Of a stretch of DNA of 64,000 bases, positions 1 to 9,900 are shown one piece after another. The stretch lies in NCBI GenBank assembly GCA_035652195.1, contig DASREH010000135.1:31151-95150 (forward strand). The letters are read 5' to 3'. Numbering within the stretch: the stretch's first letter is position 1; each line of letters opens with the position of its first letter. The translations under genes were made by a program, and so were the position numbers. Under the pieces are notes generated by a model that had not been told where the DNA came from, searched no databases, and saw only the letters and a program-made list of their open reading frames with translations. The DNA comes from Candidatus Udaeobacter sp. (GTDB lineage: Bacteria > Verrucomicrobiota > Verrucomicrobiia > Chthoniobacterales > UBA10450).

Positions 1-1197
1 TGGTTCTCTGTCTATAATGATGTGCGCGAAAAGCTCATCGTACGCGGCATTCCTGCGGATCAGATCGCGTTCGCGCAGGACGCCACCGACGACGCATCCA
101 AAGCGATGCTCTTCAAATCCGTGCGCGAGGGAAGAGTGCGCGTTCTTCTCGGCAGCACAGCGAAGATGGGAGAAGGAACTAATGTCCAAACACGCCTCGT
201 CGCCTTGCATCATCTCGACGCGCCCTGGCGACCTGCCGATATCGAGCAGCGCGAAGGTCGAATCATCCGCCAGGGCAATCAGAATGAATACGTGAAAATC
301 TTCCGTTATGTGACCGAAGGCAGCTTCGACGCGTACATGTGGCAAACGCTTGAAACGAAGTGCCGCTTCATAACTCAAGTTATGACGGGCGATGCCACAA
401 TGCGCCGCGCAGAAGATGTCGATTCCACTGCTCTGACATATGCCGAAGTAAAGGCGATCGCGTCGGGCAATCCGCTTGTGATCGAGAAGGCGACCATTGA
501 TGCGGAAGTTATGCGCCTGACACGTTTGAAAAAGCAGCACGCGGAGAGCCTGTATCAGATGCGCTATCGCGTCCGACGCCTGAACGACAACGGCGTGATA
601 TTGGAGCGAGAAATCGCAAACATCCGCGAAGATTTGCGGACGCGGATCAGCACGCGCGGCGACAACTTCGCGATGACCGTGAGCAACGAGATGTTCACCG
701 ACCGCGTCAAAGCGGGTCGCGAGCTCATATTTCTTGCCTCAGCCATAAAGCCATTTGAATCAACTAAAGTAATTGGCACCATCGGCGGCTTTCCGATCTC
801 AATTGAGAGGTTCGATGAACGCGCAACGCTCTTGATCCAGGGCAAACACAACTATCGCGCGAATGTCAGTGACAGCCCAGCGGGAACAATTGCATCGCTG
901 GAACACGCGCTCGACAGCATTGAAGATCGACTGCGCGAACGCGAAACCGATCTCGCACAGTCCCGCCGACAAATTGTCGATCTGACGAATCAGTTCGACC
1001 AACCATTCGGGCACGAAGAAAAGCTCGCTGCCGCCACGAAACGGCAGCAGGAAATTATTGCAGCACTCGACATCACGAAGAACCAAGCTTCATCGAGAGT
1101 TGATGAAGGAGCCGAACAACCTGTAGTCTTAATGGAGGGAAAGCTCGAACAGAACCCGCAAGCGCAGAATCGGGCCCCGATCACTCTCGGGATGTAA
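1..1197 (+). CDS. C-terminal part of a large SNF2/DEAD-like helicase (mobile-element methylase-helicase type); 5' end lies outside the window
   Basis: Frame 1 is open from nt 1 (WFSVYNDVREK...), with the stop at 1195-1197. Helicase C-lobe motifs LLGSTAKMGEGTNVQ and QREGRIIRQGN are present, followed by FDAYMWQTLETKCRFI and a long helical tail. Confidence 0.75.
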   Translation, partial: WFSVYNDVREKLIVRGIPADQIAFAQDATDDASKAMLFKSVREGRVRVLLGSTAKMGEGTNVQTRLVALHHLDAPWRPADIEQREGRIIRQGNQNEYVKIFRYVTEGSFDAYMWQTLETKCRFITQVMTGDATMRRAEDVDSTALTYAEVKAIASGNPLVIEKATIDAEVMRLTRLKKQHAESLYQMRYRVRRLNDNGVILEREIANIREDLRTRISTRGDNFAMTVSNEMFTDRVKAGRELIFLASAIKPFESTKVIGTIGGFPISIERFDERATLLIQGKHNYRANVSDSPAGTIASLEHALDSIEDRLRERETDLAQSRRQIVDLTNQFDQPFGHEEKLAAATKRQQEIIAALDITKNQASSRVDEGAEQPVVLMEGKLEQNPQAQNRAPITLGM

Positions 1198-1215
1198 GCG
1201 GAAGTAAGAGAAATA

Positions 1216-1328
1216 AATCGTCCGATAATCGTCCGACGGTTTCGCGAAATCGTCCGACGCAGCGCGTCACCTCAGTTCGAGGCAAACCCAGCGATAATCT
1301 ATCGACGTTTTCCGCGAATCTATCGACG
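1216..1328. repeat. Phased short direct repeats (iteron- or centromere-like)
   Basis: AATCGTCCGA occurs at 1216, 1227 and 1248. AATCTATCGACG occurs at 1296 and 1317. Within each half the repeats are 21 nt apart, and the two 37-nt halves (1224-1260 and 1293-1329) are near-copies. Confidence 0.6.
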
Positions 1329-1508
1329 CCCAGCGCCTCGCCGAAGTGCCCATCTCGCAAAGACATTGAGCTTTCTCCTTCCGGCCTTCCGCGTCGCGGC
1401 TCCTACCTCCAAAAGCTCAAAGACTTTGCTCCCCATAGGCAGAGATGCAGTCATCGCACGTTGTTTCCCTTGGCTCCGCTCCGGCAGGCTGCGCGGCGCT
1501 CCATTCCA

Positions 1509-1677
1509 CAACGCGCGATCACTGCAGTGCGCTCAGAATTATCTTCGCGTGATCGACTTTGCGTTGAATCGCTCCTCGATTTTAAGGCTCGCTGTGCGCC
1601 GTAAAGGTATTGCTCGCACGCTGCGCTCCACCTTGACTGTGCTCGCTCGCCGGAGGGAGGTCGGTATCGATTCACGC
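1509..1677. repeat. Copy 1 of a ~170-nt conserved intergenic element
   Basis: Aligns by eye along its whole length with 3614-3780 and 14704-14873, from CAACGCGCGAYCACTGC to GGTATCGATTCACGC. It lies between convergent genes. Confidence 0.85.
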
Positions 1678-1734
1678 AAGGAGTATTCGCGGCTGGTATC
1701 ATCTGAGCTCGGCGATTTCCGATTATGAATCAAA

Positions 1735-2418
1735 TCAACTGCAACCGCAGTCCTCGGAAGAGATCGCGGCGCGAGCTTCTTTGATCAAAAATGGGATCAG
1801 GGCTAATGCAGCCACACTATCCAGCCACCACCAGCCGAGAATGCGTGTCGCGGCGAGCCCGACCATTAGGACAATCGATAAGTAACCGCAGACGATTGCT
1901 TCAATGGCATCCGCGCGAAGAGCGCGAGAATTCAATCGCGCCGCCACTTTCAATTTGTAACCGGCGAGAATTGGCATCCCAATCTTTGCCACCAAGCCGA
2001 TTAAAATTCCCCACGCGCTTTCGTGAGTATCTGTCACGCGATGCGCGACAAAAATTCCGTAGGCGGAATTGAGCGCGACATAGGCAACCAGCAGATAGAG
2101 CGTGTATCCAACGAGTCTTGACGCACGCAACTCGACTGCCTCGACGCGCGTTTCATCCCCACATCCGCTTGCCTCAATGCGAAGGCGCCACAGCAGAACG
2201 CTGGCACTGAATAGTTCGATGATGCTATCAATGCCGAACGCTTCGAGCAAAAGACTGTTCGATGCCCAACCTAACAAGAGCGACGCCGCAGCTTCGATGG
2301 TCATCCAGCCCAGGGTGATATACGTCAGCAGCAACGCGAGTCGTACGTCCTCCGCACGGGAGCGACCAGGCGAAAATTCTGGCGTCTCTAAACTGCGCTC
2401 TTGGATTCTTACTGGCAT
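1735..2418 (-). CDS. Cation diffusion facilitator-like transporter, membrane domain only
   Basis: 227 aa with about 6 TM helices. CDF-like TM segments carry acidic/His residues (EAFGIDSIIE, ADAIEAIVCG) and the tail ends in CGCS. ATG at 2418. Confidence 0.65.
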   Translation of the reverse strand: MPVRIQERSLETPEFSPGRSRAEDVRLALLLTYITLGWMTIEAAASLLLGWASNSLLLEAFGIDSIIELFSASVLLWRLRIEASGCGDETRVEAVELRASRLVGYTLYLLVAYVALNSAYGIFVAHRVTDTHESAWGILIGLVAKIGMPILAGYKLKVAARLNSRALRADAIEAIVCGYLSIVLMVGLAATRILGWWWLDSVAALALIPFLIKEARAAISSEDCGCS

Positions 2419-2494
2419 GAAGTCGGTTTTGCGCGGTCGTAACTATCTCGGGATTTTCTAGTAGCGTCCACGACTGTTAGGGCGAAACTTAGCC

Positions 2495-2656
2495 ATGAAG
2501 AATTACACGAAAATTCTGTTTTCGGTTCTGGTTGCAGCGATGGCCACGGTTTCTTTTGCAGCGGACAAACCCACCTGCAAGAAGACCGGCAAGAATTGTC
2601 CAATGAACAACGGCAAGGAGTGCAATTGCGGAAAGACTTGCGAATGCGCCAAGTAA
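2495..2656 (+). CDS. Small secreted Cys-rich protein (53 aa, metallothionein-like), paralog of 26846-27040
   Basis: Hand-translated ORF, too short for the ORF track: MKNYTKILFSVLVAAMATVSFAADKPTCKKTGKNCPMNNGKECNCGKTCECAK. It has a signal peptide followed by 7 Cys in about 30 residues. A paralog exists elsewhere in the window. Confidence 0.6.
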   Translation: MKNYTKILFSVLVAAMATVSFAADKPTCKKTGKNCPMNNGKECNCGKTCECAK

Positions 2657-3219
2657 CGAGCGCATGTCGCTCCTGAAATGTAACATCGACAATCAGCGTA
2701 CACAGACTGTTTAGAACTTTGTTGCGCGGAGCCGAAGAAGTGAATTCGAGGCAGAACATGAAAGCTGTTGTTCACCTCGGCTCTCCGCACCCAAAGGAGC
2801 GCATCGCGATGATTCGCGGCTATTGCGTTAGGGTGACTTATCGAGGACTCGGTGCTGACGAGCAAATCGAGTGGACGCGAAGATTATCTGAAGTCATCGC
2901 GCGTTCGCTGATCAGGCTTCGTTAATGGTTCGTCTTATGGCTACTCGCCGGGATGGAGACTCGTGTCACGGGGGAGTGGGACAGCGCCTACAGCTGTTCG
3001 AGCGATTTCTGAATCGCGGTGGTGGTGGTGGTGCGGTCAGAGAGTTCAATTTTCGCCCAAACCGGCTTGGTTGGGGTCGCGCCATGCCTGGGATTAAGCA
3101 TCCTCCTGCGGCACATGCGTAGCCCCACTCCGCTGCGGCCAGCAAACTGGACAATGGCGCCTTCTCTATTCAGCGTTTGACGACGAGTTCCCCGCTATAA
3201 AACCGAGTGGACCAGCCAG

Positions 3220-3555
3220 GTGAACTTCTTAAAAAGTCCGGTCAGCGAAGCCCTTTATGTCGCGCAAGTTATGGCGGCCACTGCGATCGGGATCGCGGTG
3301 ATTATTCTTTCCTACCGCGCGTATCGAAGCACGAAGTTCATCGGCTTCACACTCTGGATTGCTAGTTCGGTGATATCTCTTTGCGGAACGATTGGGTGGG
3401 ACATCGTTGGTCACGCGTATGCCTATCCGCGCCTTTATCCCGCTGCGGTGATCGCGTACCGCATCGTTTACCTCATTAATTCAGCGATCTCTTTCATCGG
3501 AACAGTTCTGGTTATTCGCGAGTTCGTCCGAATTTCAAAAGCGCGCCGGATGTAA
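3220..3555 (+). CDS. Hypothetical small integral membrane protein
   Basis: 111 aa with a GTG start and 3-4 hydrophobic helices. I recognised no family. Confidence 0.4.
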   Translation: MNFLKSPVSEALYVAQVMAATAIGIAVIILSYRAYRSTKFIGFTLWIASSVISLCGTIGWDIVGHAYAYPRLYPAAVIAYRIVYLINSAISFIGTVLVIREFVRISKARRM

Positions 3556-3613
3556 ACAAGCTCATCAGCACTTCGCCTGGCGGCGCGCGATGTTCGCAGA
3601 ATCTCCATTCGGG

Positions 3614-3780
3614 CAACGCGCGACCACTGCGGTGCGCTCTGAATTATCTTCGCGTAATCGACTCTGCGTGAATCGCTCCTCGATTTTATGGCTCGGTGCG
3701 CGCCGTAAAGGTATTGCTCGCACGCTGCGCTCCACCTTGACTGTGCTCCTCGCCGGAGGGAGGTCGGTATCGATTCACGC
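3614..3780. repeat. Copy 2 of the ~170-nt conserved intergenic element
   Basis: Same element as 1509-1677 and 14704-14873. It lies between the 3220-3555 ORF and RND operon 1. Confidence 0.85.
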
Positions 3781-3845
3781 GGCAAAGTCTTCTTCGCAGC
3801 AAACGGCTGAACGCATGAGTCGACGGATGGTCTAACTCGTGCTAT

Positions 3846-4214
3846 ATGAACCGCAGAGTGGTGACGCGATTGACGCTTATAGTTTGCATGTTGGCGGCGC
3901 TTTTTGTAAGCGCGGTCCGGCTGCCTGCATCAGCGTGTCCTGCTTCCAGTCCGCCGATGGGGCAAGCTTGCAAGCCAGGAAGCTGTCCCAACAAGGCGTG
4001 CTGCGCTCAAGCAGAGAAGAACAAATCGCTGCCGTCACTTCCGATAGCCAAAGACGACAACGCGAGCGACCATTTCCTCGCGATCGTTACTCCCAGTCTG
4101 AGCGGACGTTTAGCTCCCGTTCAGGGAATGGGAGAACAGCCTAGTTGGTCGGCGCCAATGGTCGCGAATTCTGCGACGCCGAAGTGCGCTCTGCTCTGCA
4201 CGTTTCTCATCTGA
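3846..4214 (+). CDS. Hypothetical exported Cys-rich protein leading RND operon 1 (in the position CzcI occupies)
   Basis: 122 aa. An N-terminal hydrophobic signal is followed by ACPASSPPMGQACKPGSCPNKACC. It sits directly upstream of the TolC-family gene. Confidence 0.45.
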   Translation: MNRRVVTRLTLIVCMLAALFVSAVRLPASACPASSPPMGQACKPGSCPNKACCAQAEKNKSLPSLPIAKDDNASDHFLAIVTPSLSGRLAPVQGMGEQPSWSAPMVANSATPKCALLCTFLI

Positions 4215-4285
4215 TCCAAAGCGTTTGACGCCGGAGGTGTGCCCATTCGTCGGTATGCCTGTGTTTCAACCGCAGTCTTGGATCA

Positions 4286-5605
4286 ATGAAAACAACTTAC
4301 CTTTTACTAGCTACCACAACTTTAATTTTTGCTTTCGCAGCAAAGCTCTCAGCAGGTGTTGCCGACGGCGAACCTGCGACACGATCGCTGTCGCTTAGCG
4401 AAGTGACGAGCGTAGTCCTGGCCAACAATCCGGCCATAAAGGAAGCGCTCAAAAAATGGAACGCAGCAAGAGCACGCGTCCCACAGGCTGCCGCGTGGGA
4501 CGACCCCCGATTGGGCGGCGATTCGCGGGTGCGTCGCTTTGTCGATATACCGCCCAACGCGTTCACGGACCAATCAGTAAGCATCGAACAGGTCGTTCCG
4601 GTTACTGGGAAAAATCTTTTGCGCGCGAGAGCCGCCGTGGCCGAGGCGATCTCGGCCTACGAGGATGTCCGCCGCCAACAACTGGATGTGATCGCGGCTG
4701 CGCGCGCGTCGTTTTTCCTGCTCGCGAACGCCTATGAACAGCTCGACATCAATCGCAAAAATATCGATTCGCTAAAGCAGATTGCTGATATTAGCCGGGC
4801 GAAATATGAAGCAGGCACGCAGAGCGCGGCTGATGTGCTGGTGGCGGAAACCGACTTGAGCAAGCTGTTCGAAGCGCGGCGCGACCTCGAGCGGCAGCTC
4901 TCCGACGAGCAGTCGCGACTTAATCAGTTAATGAATCGCGACGCTTTTGCGCCGCTGGGAGCACCGATTGCGGCGAGCATCGAACCGCCAGACCTCTCGC
5001 CGTCACGCCTCCGGCCACTGGTCCTTACGCATCGGCCGGAAGTCAAGATGGCCGAACTCAAAATCGAGGCGCAAAAATTCAAGCTGCAACTCGCCCATCG
5101 CGAGTGGATTCCCGATCCGGCGTTGATGGTCAAAGCGCAGCGTTACAATGGCGCCGGGCAAGCCGTGAGCGAAGTGGACGCCGGCGTTTCCTTTCCGCTG
5201 CCGTGGGTTAATTTCAGAAAGTACTCCGCTGGAGTTCGCGAGGCCGGCGAAAATCTAGGCGCTGCGCAACAGGGGCTTGATCGTTCGCAAAAAGAAGCGC
5301 TGCGACTGTTGCGCGATCAACTCGCCAAGATCGAGGCGACGCGTGATCAGCTGGCCCTTTTCCGCGATAAAATCGTGCCGCAGGCACAGCAGGCATTCGA
5401 AGCCAACCGGCTCGCCTATGAATCGGGCAAGGTGTCGTTTCTCGACTGGATCACATCGCAGCGAGTTTTGCGCGACGTCGAAGCAACCGCCCGCCAACGT
5501 CTGACTGATTACCAGGTTGCCGTTGCGGGACTGGAAGCAATCATTGGCGCGCAGCTTTACCCGCTACCCGCCGATCCACCTGAATCGAAAGCCAAACGAA
5601 AATGA
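4286..5605 (+). CDS. cusC: TolC-family outer membrane factor of the heavy-metal RND pump
   Basis: 439 aa with a signal peptide and two repeated alpha-helical/beta-barrel halves typical of OEP proteins. Its stop overlaps the next start (ATGA). Confidence 0.9.
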   Translation: MKTTYLLLATTTLIFAFAAKLSAGVADGEPATRSLSLSEVTSVVLANNPAIKEALKKWNAARARVPQAAAWDDPRLGGDSRVRRFVDIPPNAFTDQSVSIEQVVPVTGKNLLRARAAVAEAISAYEDVRRQQLDVIAAARASFFLLANAYEQLDINRKNIDSLKQIADISRAKYEAGTQSAADVLVAETDLSKLFEARRDLERQLSDEQSRLNQLMNRDAFAPLGAPIAASIEPPDLSPSRLRPLVLTHRPEVKMAELKIEAQKFKLQLAHREWIPDPALMVKAQRYNGAGQAVSEVDAGVSFPLPWVNFRKYSAGVREAGENLGAAQQGLDRSQKEALRLLRDQLAKIEATRDQLALFRDKIVPQAQQAFEANRLAYESGKVSFLDWITSQRVLRDVEATARQRLTDYQVAVAGLEAIIGAQLYPLPADPPESKAKRK

Positions 5606-6975
5606 AAGCGCGGAAATTTTTCAACAAAATCATTCCTCTCGTGGCGCTGCTTACTCTGTCGGGCATCGCTTCATGCTCGAAAGGGCCAACGGCGAAGAAG
5701 GATAGCAACGTCGATTACTGGACCTGCACCATGCATCCATCGGTGCATTCAAAGGACCCCGGAAAATGTCCCATCTGTTCGATGGACCTGGTCCCAGTAA
5801 TGAAAAAAGGCAGTGCCGAAGCCCAGCCATCGCAGACGCAGGGAGAACAAATGAAGGGCGGTGGCGAGTCGAAAGGAATGGCAGGCATGCCGGGAATGCC
5901 AGGCATGAAAGAGGGCGAAATGAAAGGCGGCGAGAAACCAAGCGAATTTGTCGTGCCCGTCGAACGCCAGCAGCAAATAGGTGTGCGCTACGCGAAAGTT
6001 GAACGCAAACCGCTTACGCACACGATCCGTTCCGTCGGCATGATTGTGCCGGACAGAAGTCGCAACTGGCAGTTCGTCTCTCGCGTCGATGGTTACGTAC
6101 AAAAGCTAAACGTCACATCGCCGGGCCAGGTTGTCGATAAAGACGCGCCGCTCCTATCGATCTACAGCCCGGATTTGCTTACGAGTGAACGCGAGTTCGT
6201 CGAGCTTTTGCGGATGCGCGACCAGGCGAAGTCCAAAGACGCGCGGGAAACGCCGCAGCGCCTGATCGAATCAGCCAAACGCCGGTTACACCTCTGGAAC
6301 ATCACTGACCAGCAGATCGCCGATCTTGAAAAAACACGCAAGGCGTCCGATACGCTCACTTTGCTCTCACCGTTTCGCGGCGTCGTACAGTCGGTGCCCG
6401 TCGAGCAAGGCAAGAACGTAAAAACGGGAGACTTACTTGTAGAGGTTGCCGACCTCAGCGTCGTCTGGCTGTGGGCGGAATTTTACGAGAATGAGTTGTC
6501 GATGCTTCAAATGGGGCAAAAGCTCGCCATCACCGCGAAGTCGTATCCTGGCCAAAACTTCGACGGCACGATCGCCCTCATCGATCCATTCATCAACGAA
6601 ACAAAACGCACGGCCAAAGTGCGCATCGATATTCCGAATCCTGATTTCAAGTTGCGGCCCGGCATGTACGTCAATGCCGAACTGGCGATGAACATGGGCG
6701 AGGCGCTCACCGTCCCAGTGAGCGCGATCATGCCGACCGGCGAGCGTAACGTCGTCTTTATCGATAAAGGCGAGGGAAAATTGGAGCCGCGCATTGTTCA
6801 GTTAGGCGCTAAGTACGGCGACATCTACGAGGTGCAAAGCGGCCTGCAGAAAGGCGAGCGCGTCGTCGCGAGCGCAAACTTTCTGATCGATGCCGAATCG
6901 AAAGTCCAAGGCGCGCTGAAGGACTTTGAGCAAGAAAAGCCACAAGAAGCTACCGCGTCTTCAGTGAAGCCGTGA
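5602..6975 (+). CDS. cusB: RND periplasmic adaptor (CusB-like) with an N-terminal heavy-metal-binding domain and a Met-rich stretch
   Basis: 457 aa. Contains DYWTCTMHPSVHSKDPGKCPICSMDLVP (an HMBD-type motif) and MAGMPGMPGMKEGEM, followed by an HlyD-like barrel-sandwich. It overlaps the next gene by GTGA. Confidence 0.92.
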   Translation: MKARKFFNKIIPLVALLTLSGIASCSKGPTAKKDSNVDYWTCTMHPSVHSKDPGKCPICSMDLVPVMKKGSAEAQPSQTQGEQMKGGGESKGMAGMPGMPGMKEGEMKGGEKPSEFVVPVERQQQIGVRYAKVERKPLTHTIRSVGMIVPDRSRNWQFVSRVDGYVQKLNVTSPGQVVDKDAPLLSIYSPDLLTSEREFVELLRMRDQAKSKDARETPQRLIESAKRRLHLWNITDQQIADLEKTRKASDTLTLLSPFRGVVQSVPVEQGKNVKTGDLLVEVADLSVVWLWAEFYENELSMLQMGQKLAITAKSYPGQNFDGTIALIDPFINETKRTAKVRIDIPNPDFKLRPGMYVNAELAMNMGEALTVPVSAIMPTGERNVVFIDKGEGKLEPRIVQLGAKYGDIYEVQSGLQKGERVVASANFLIDAESKVQGALKDFEQEKPQEATASSVKP

Positions 6976-9900
6976 CCAAAGCAGACTCAACTTCGCAAGA
7001 TAACAGCGCGGCCGAACTGAGACGCGGCCCGCTGATCGAGCGCATCATCGAAGCGAGCGCGAGAAACAAGTTCCTCATTTTCATCTTCACGATCTTCGCT
7101 GTCGCGGCCGGATTCTACGGCCTGATTCACACGCCGCTCGATGCAATTCCCGATCTAAGCGACGTGCAGGTGATCGTTTATACCGAGTGGGAAGGACGCT
7201 CGCCGGACTTGTTGGAAGATCAAATCACGTATCCGATTTCCACTGTGTTTATCGCTGCACCGAAAGTGAAATTCGTGCGTGGCGAATCGATGTTCGGCAA
7301 ATCATTCATTTACGTCATCTTTGAAGACGGCACCGATATTTACTGGGCGCGTTCGCGGGTTATCGAATATCTCAATTCAGTGCGCGGCTCGCTGCCGGAA
7401 GGGGTAAATCCGGTTATCGGCCCAGACGCGACTGGTGTTGGCTGGGTTTACGAATATGCGCTGGTTGACGACACCGGGAAGCACGATCTCGCGCAGCTGC
7501 GTTCCATTCAGGATTGGAATCTGCGCTACGCGCTCGCCTCGGTAAAAGGCGTGGCCGAAGTCGCACCGGTCGGCGGCTTTGTGAAGCAATACCAGGTCGA
7601 TCTAGATCCAAACGCGCTTGTTGCTTACAACATTCCGCTCAGCGAGGTCGTCAGCGCGATCAAGATGAGCAACGCCGACGTGGGCGGGAAAATTTTCGAA
7701 GTCGCAACGACCGAGTATTACATTCGCGGCCGCGGTTACATCAAAAAAATTGAGGACATCGAGAATATCGTCCTCAAAGTGGAGAACGGCACGCCGGTTT
7801 ATCTGAAAAATGTCGCAAACGTCCATCTCGGCGGCGATATCCGGCGCGGTGTTGCAGAGCTTGACGGCAAAGGCGAGACCGTCGGTGGCATCGTGGTCAT
7901 GCGGTATGGCGAAAATGCGCTCAATGTCATCGACGGCATTAAGAAGAAGCTAGAAGAGATCAAGGGTTCGCTGCCCGAAGGCGTGCGCGTGGTCACGACG
8001 TACGACCGCAGTGATTTGATCAAGCGCGCCATTGCCACGTTACGCGAGAAGTTGATCGAAGAAAGCGTGGTCGTCGCGCTCGTTTGTCTCGTCTTTCTCT
8101 GGCACGTCCGCTCGGCACTGGTGGCGATCATCACGCTGCCGATCGCGATCATTCTTTCATTCATCCCGATGTGGTGGATGCACGTCACTTCGAACATCAT
8201 GTCGCTGGGCGGCATCGCTATCGCCATCGGCGCCATGGTCGATTCAGCGATCATTATGATTGAGAACGCGCACAAGGGGCTGGAGCATTTCCGGGAAACG
8301 CACGGACGCGAGCCAGACAACCTTGAGCGCGTTCAAGTGATCATTGCTGGCGCCAAGAGCGTAGGGCGCTCGCTCTTTTTTGCGTTGCTCGTCATTACTG
8401 TGAGCTTCGTGCCTGTCTTCTCGCTAACTGCGCAGGAAGGCCGGCTCTTCCGGCCACTCGCCTTCACGAAAACTTTCTCGATGTTTTTCGCGTCGTTTCT
8501 CGGCGTGACGCTCGTGCCAGTGCTGATGACGTTGCTCATACGCGGGAAGATTACACCGGAAGAGAAGAATCCGGTGAACCGTTTTCTGATCCGAACCTAT
8601 CAGCCGTTTGCTGACTTCGTTCTGCGCTATCGCTGGTTCACTCTCGGCTGTGCGCTGGTTATTCTTCTGATCACAATTTTTCCTTACAAGAGACTCGGCA
8701 GCGAATTCATGCCGCCGTTGAACGAAGGCACGCTCCTTTACATGCCAACAGCCGTCCCGGGAATGTCGATTACAGAGGCAACGAAAATTCTCCAAATTCA
8801 AGATCGACAATTAAAAAAAATTCCCGAGGCCGTGACTGTTTTCGGTAAGGCCGGGCAAGCCGAGACGCCGACTGATCCTGCGCCATTGTCAATGTTTGAA
8901 ACCGTCGTCACACTTAAGCCTTCGGATCAATGGCGGCGCGGAATGACGTGGGACAAGCTGCTCGCGGAGGTCAACGCCAACATGAAAACGCCTGGCATGG
9001 CGAACATTTTCTGGATGCCGATCCAGACGCGCACCGAAATGCTCACCACGGGATTTCGCAGCGTGCTCGGCGTAAAAGTTTTCGGTCCCGATCTTGGGGA
9101 AATCCAGAAGCTCGCGGTGCAGATCGAAAGAGCGCTGGCTGAGCTTCCGGATACACGCAGCGCGTTCGCCGAGCGCACGGTTGGCGGTTATTTCCTCGAT
9201 TTCACAGTGAACCGCGAAGCGGCTGCACGCTACGGCCTGAAAGTCGGCGATGTGAACGACATCATCGAGTCAGCCATCGGCGGTAAGAACATCACCACCA
9301 CCGTGGAAGGACGCGAGCGCTATCCAGTGAACACACGTTACGCCCGCGATTTTCGCGAAGACCTCGACGCGCTCAAGCGCGTGCTCGTTCCCACACCCAC
9401 TGGCGCGCAGGTTCCCATCTCGATGCTGGCTGATATCCATTACAAAACCGGACCGCCTTCAATCCGCAGCGAGAATGGCAAACTAGTCGGTTTTGTTTTT
9501 GTGGACGTAACAACCAGCGACATCGAGGGCTACGTTCGCAAAGCGTCGCAACTGCTCGGCCAGCGAATTCAGTATCCGCCGGGGTATTACGTCGAATGGG
9601 CCGGTCAATTCCAATATCTGCAAGCGGCCAAGGAGCGGCTCAAAGTCGTGGTTCCCTTTACCCTGCTCATCATTTTCGTCCTCCTTTACTTCAGCACCCG
9701 GTCCGTCATCAGGACGTTTATAGTCCTACTGACGGTGCCATTCTCATCGGTCGGCGCGTTTTGGTTGCTCTACGTGCTCGGCTACAACATGAGCGTCGCG
9801 GTCTGGGTGGGGCTCATTGCGCTGGCGGGCGTCGGGGCCGAGACCGGCGTGGTGATGCTGCTCTATCTCGACCATGCCTGGGATAAGTTCAAAGCTGAGG

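Noticed and set aside
1509-1677. The idea that the repeat copies are integron attC sites marking gene cassettes.
   Set aside because: No intI gene was seen. The inter-repeat segments are multi-gene (2 kb and 11 kb) with genes on both strands, and the element lacks the R''/L''-L'/R' inverted-core organisation with GTTRRRY ends.
1366-1728. ORFs on both strands across the three repeat copies (1366-1728, 1451-1702, 3468-3785, 3590-3835, 14504-14875 and 14722-14991), which give similar peptides such as RRKGIARTLRSTLTVL and QSRWSAACEQYLYGA.
   Set aside because: The peptide similarity only reflects the nucleotide repeat. Indels between copies shift the frame, and starts and stops are not conserved, so these were treated as non-coding.
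2758-2925. A 55-aa ORF (MKAVVHLGSPHPKERIAMIRGYCVRVTYRG...) in the gap after the Cys-rich peptide. ORFs at 2925-3122 and 2966-3154 were considered with it.
   Set aside because: None has a recognisable motif, an SD sequence, a signal peptide or a paralog. There is not enough evidence to call a gene.
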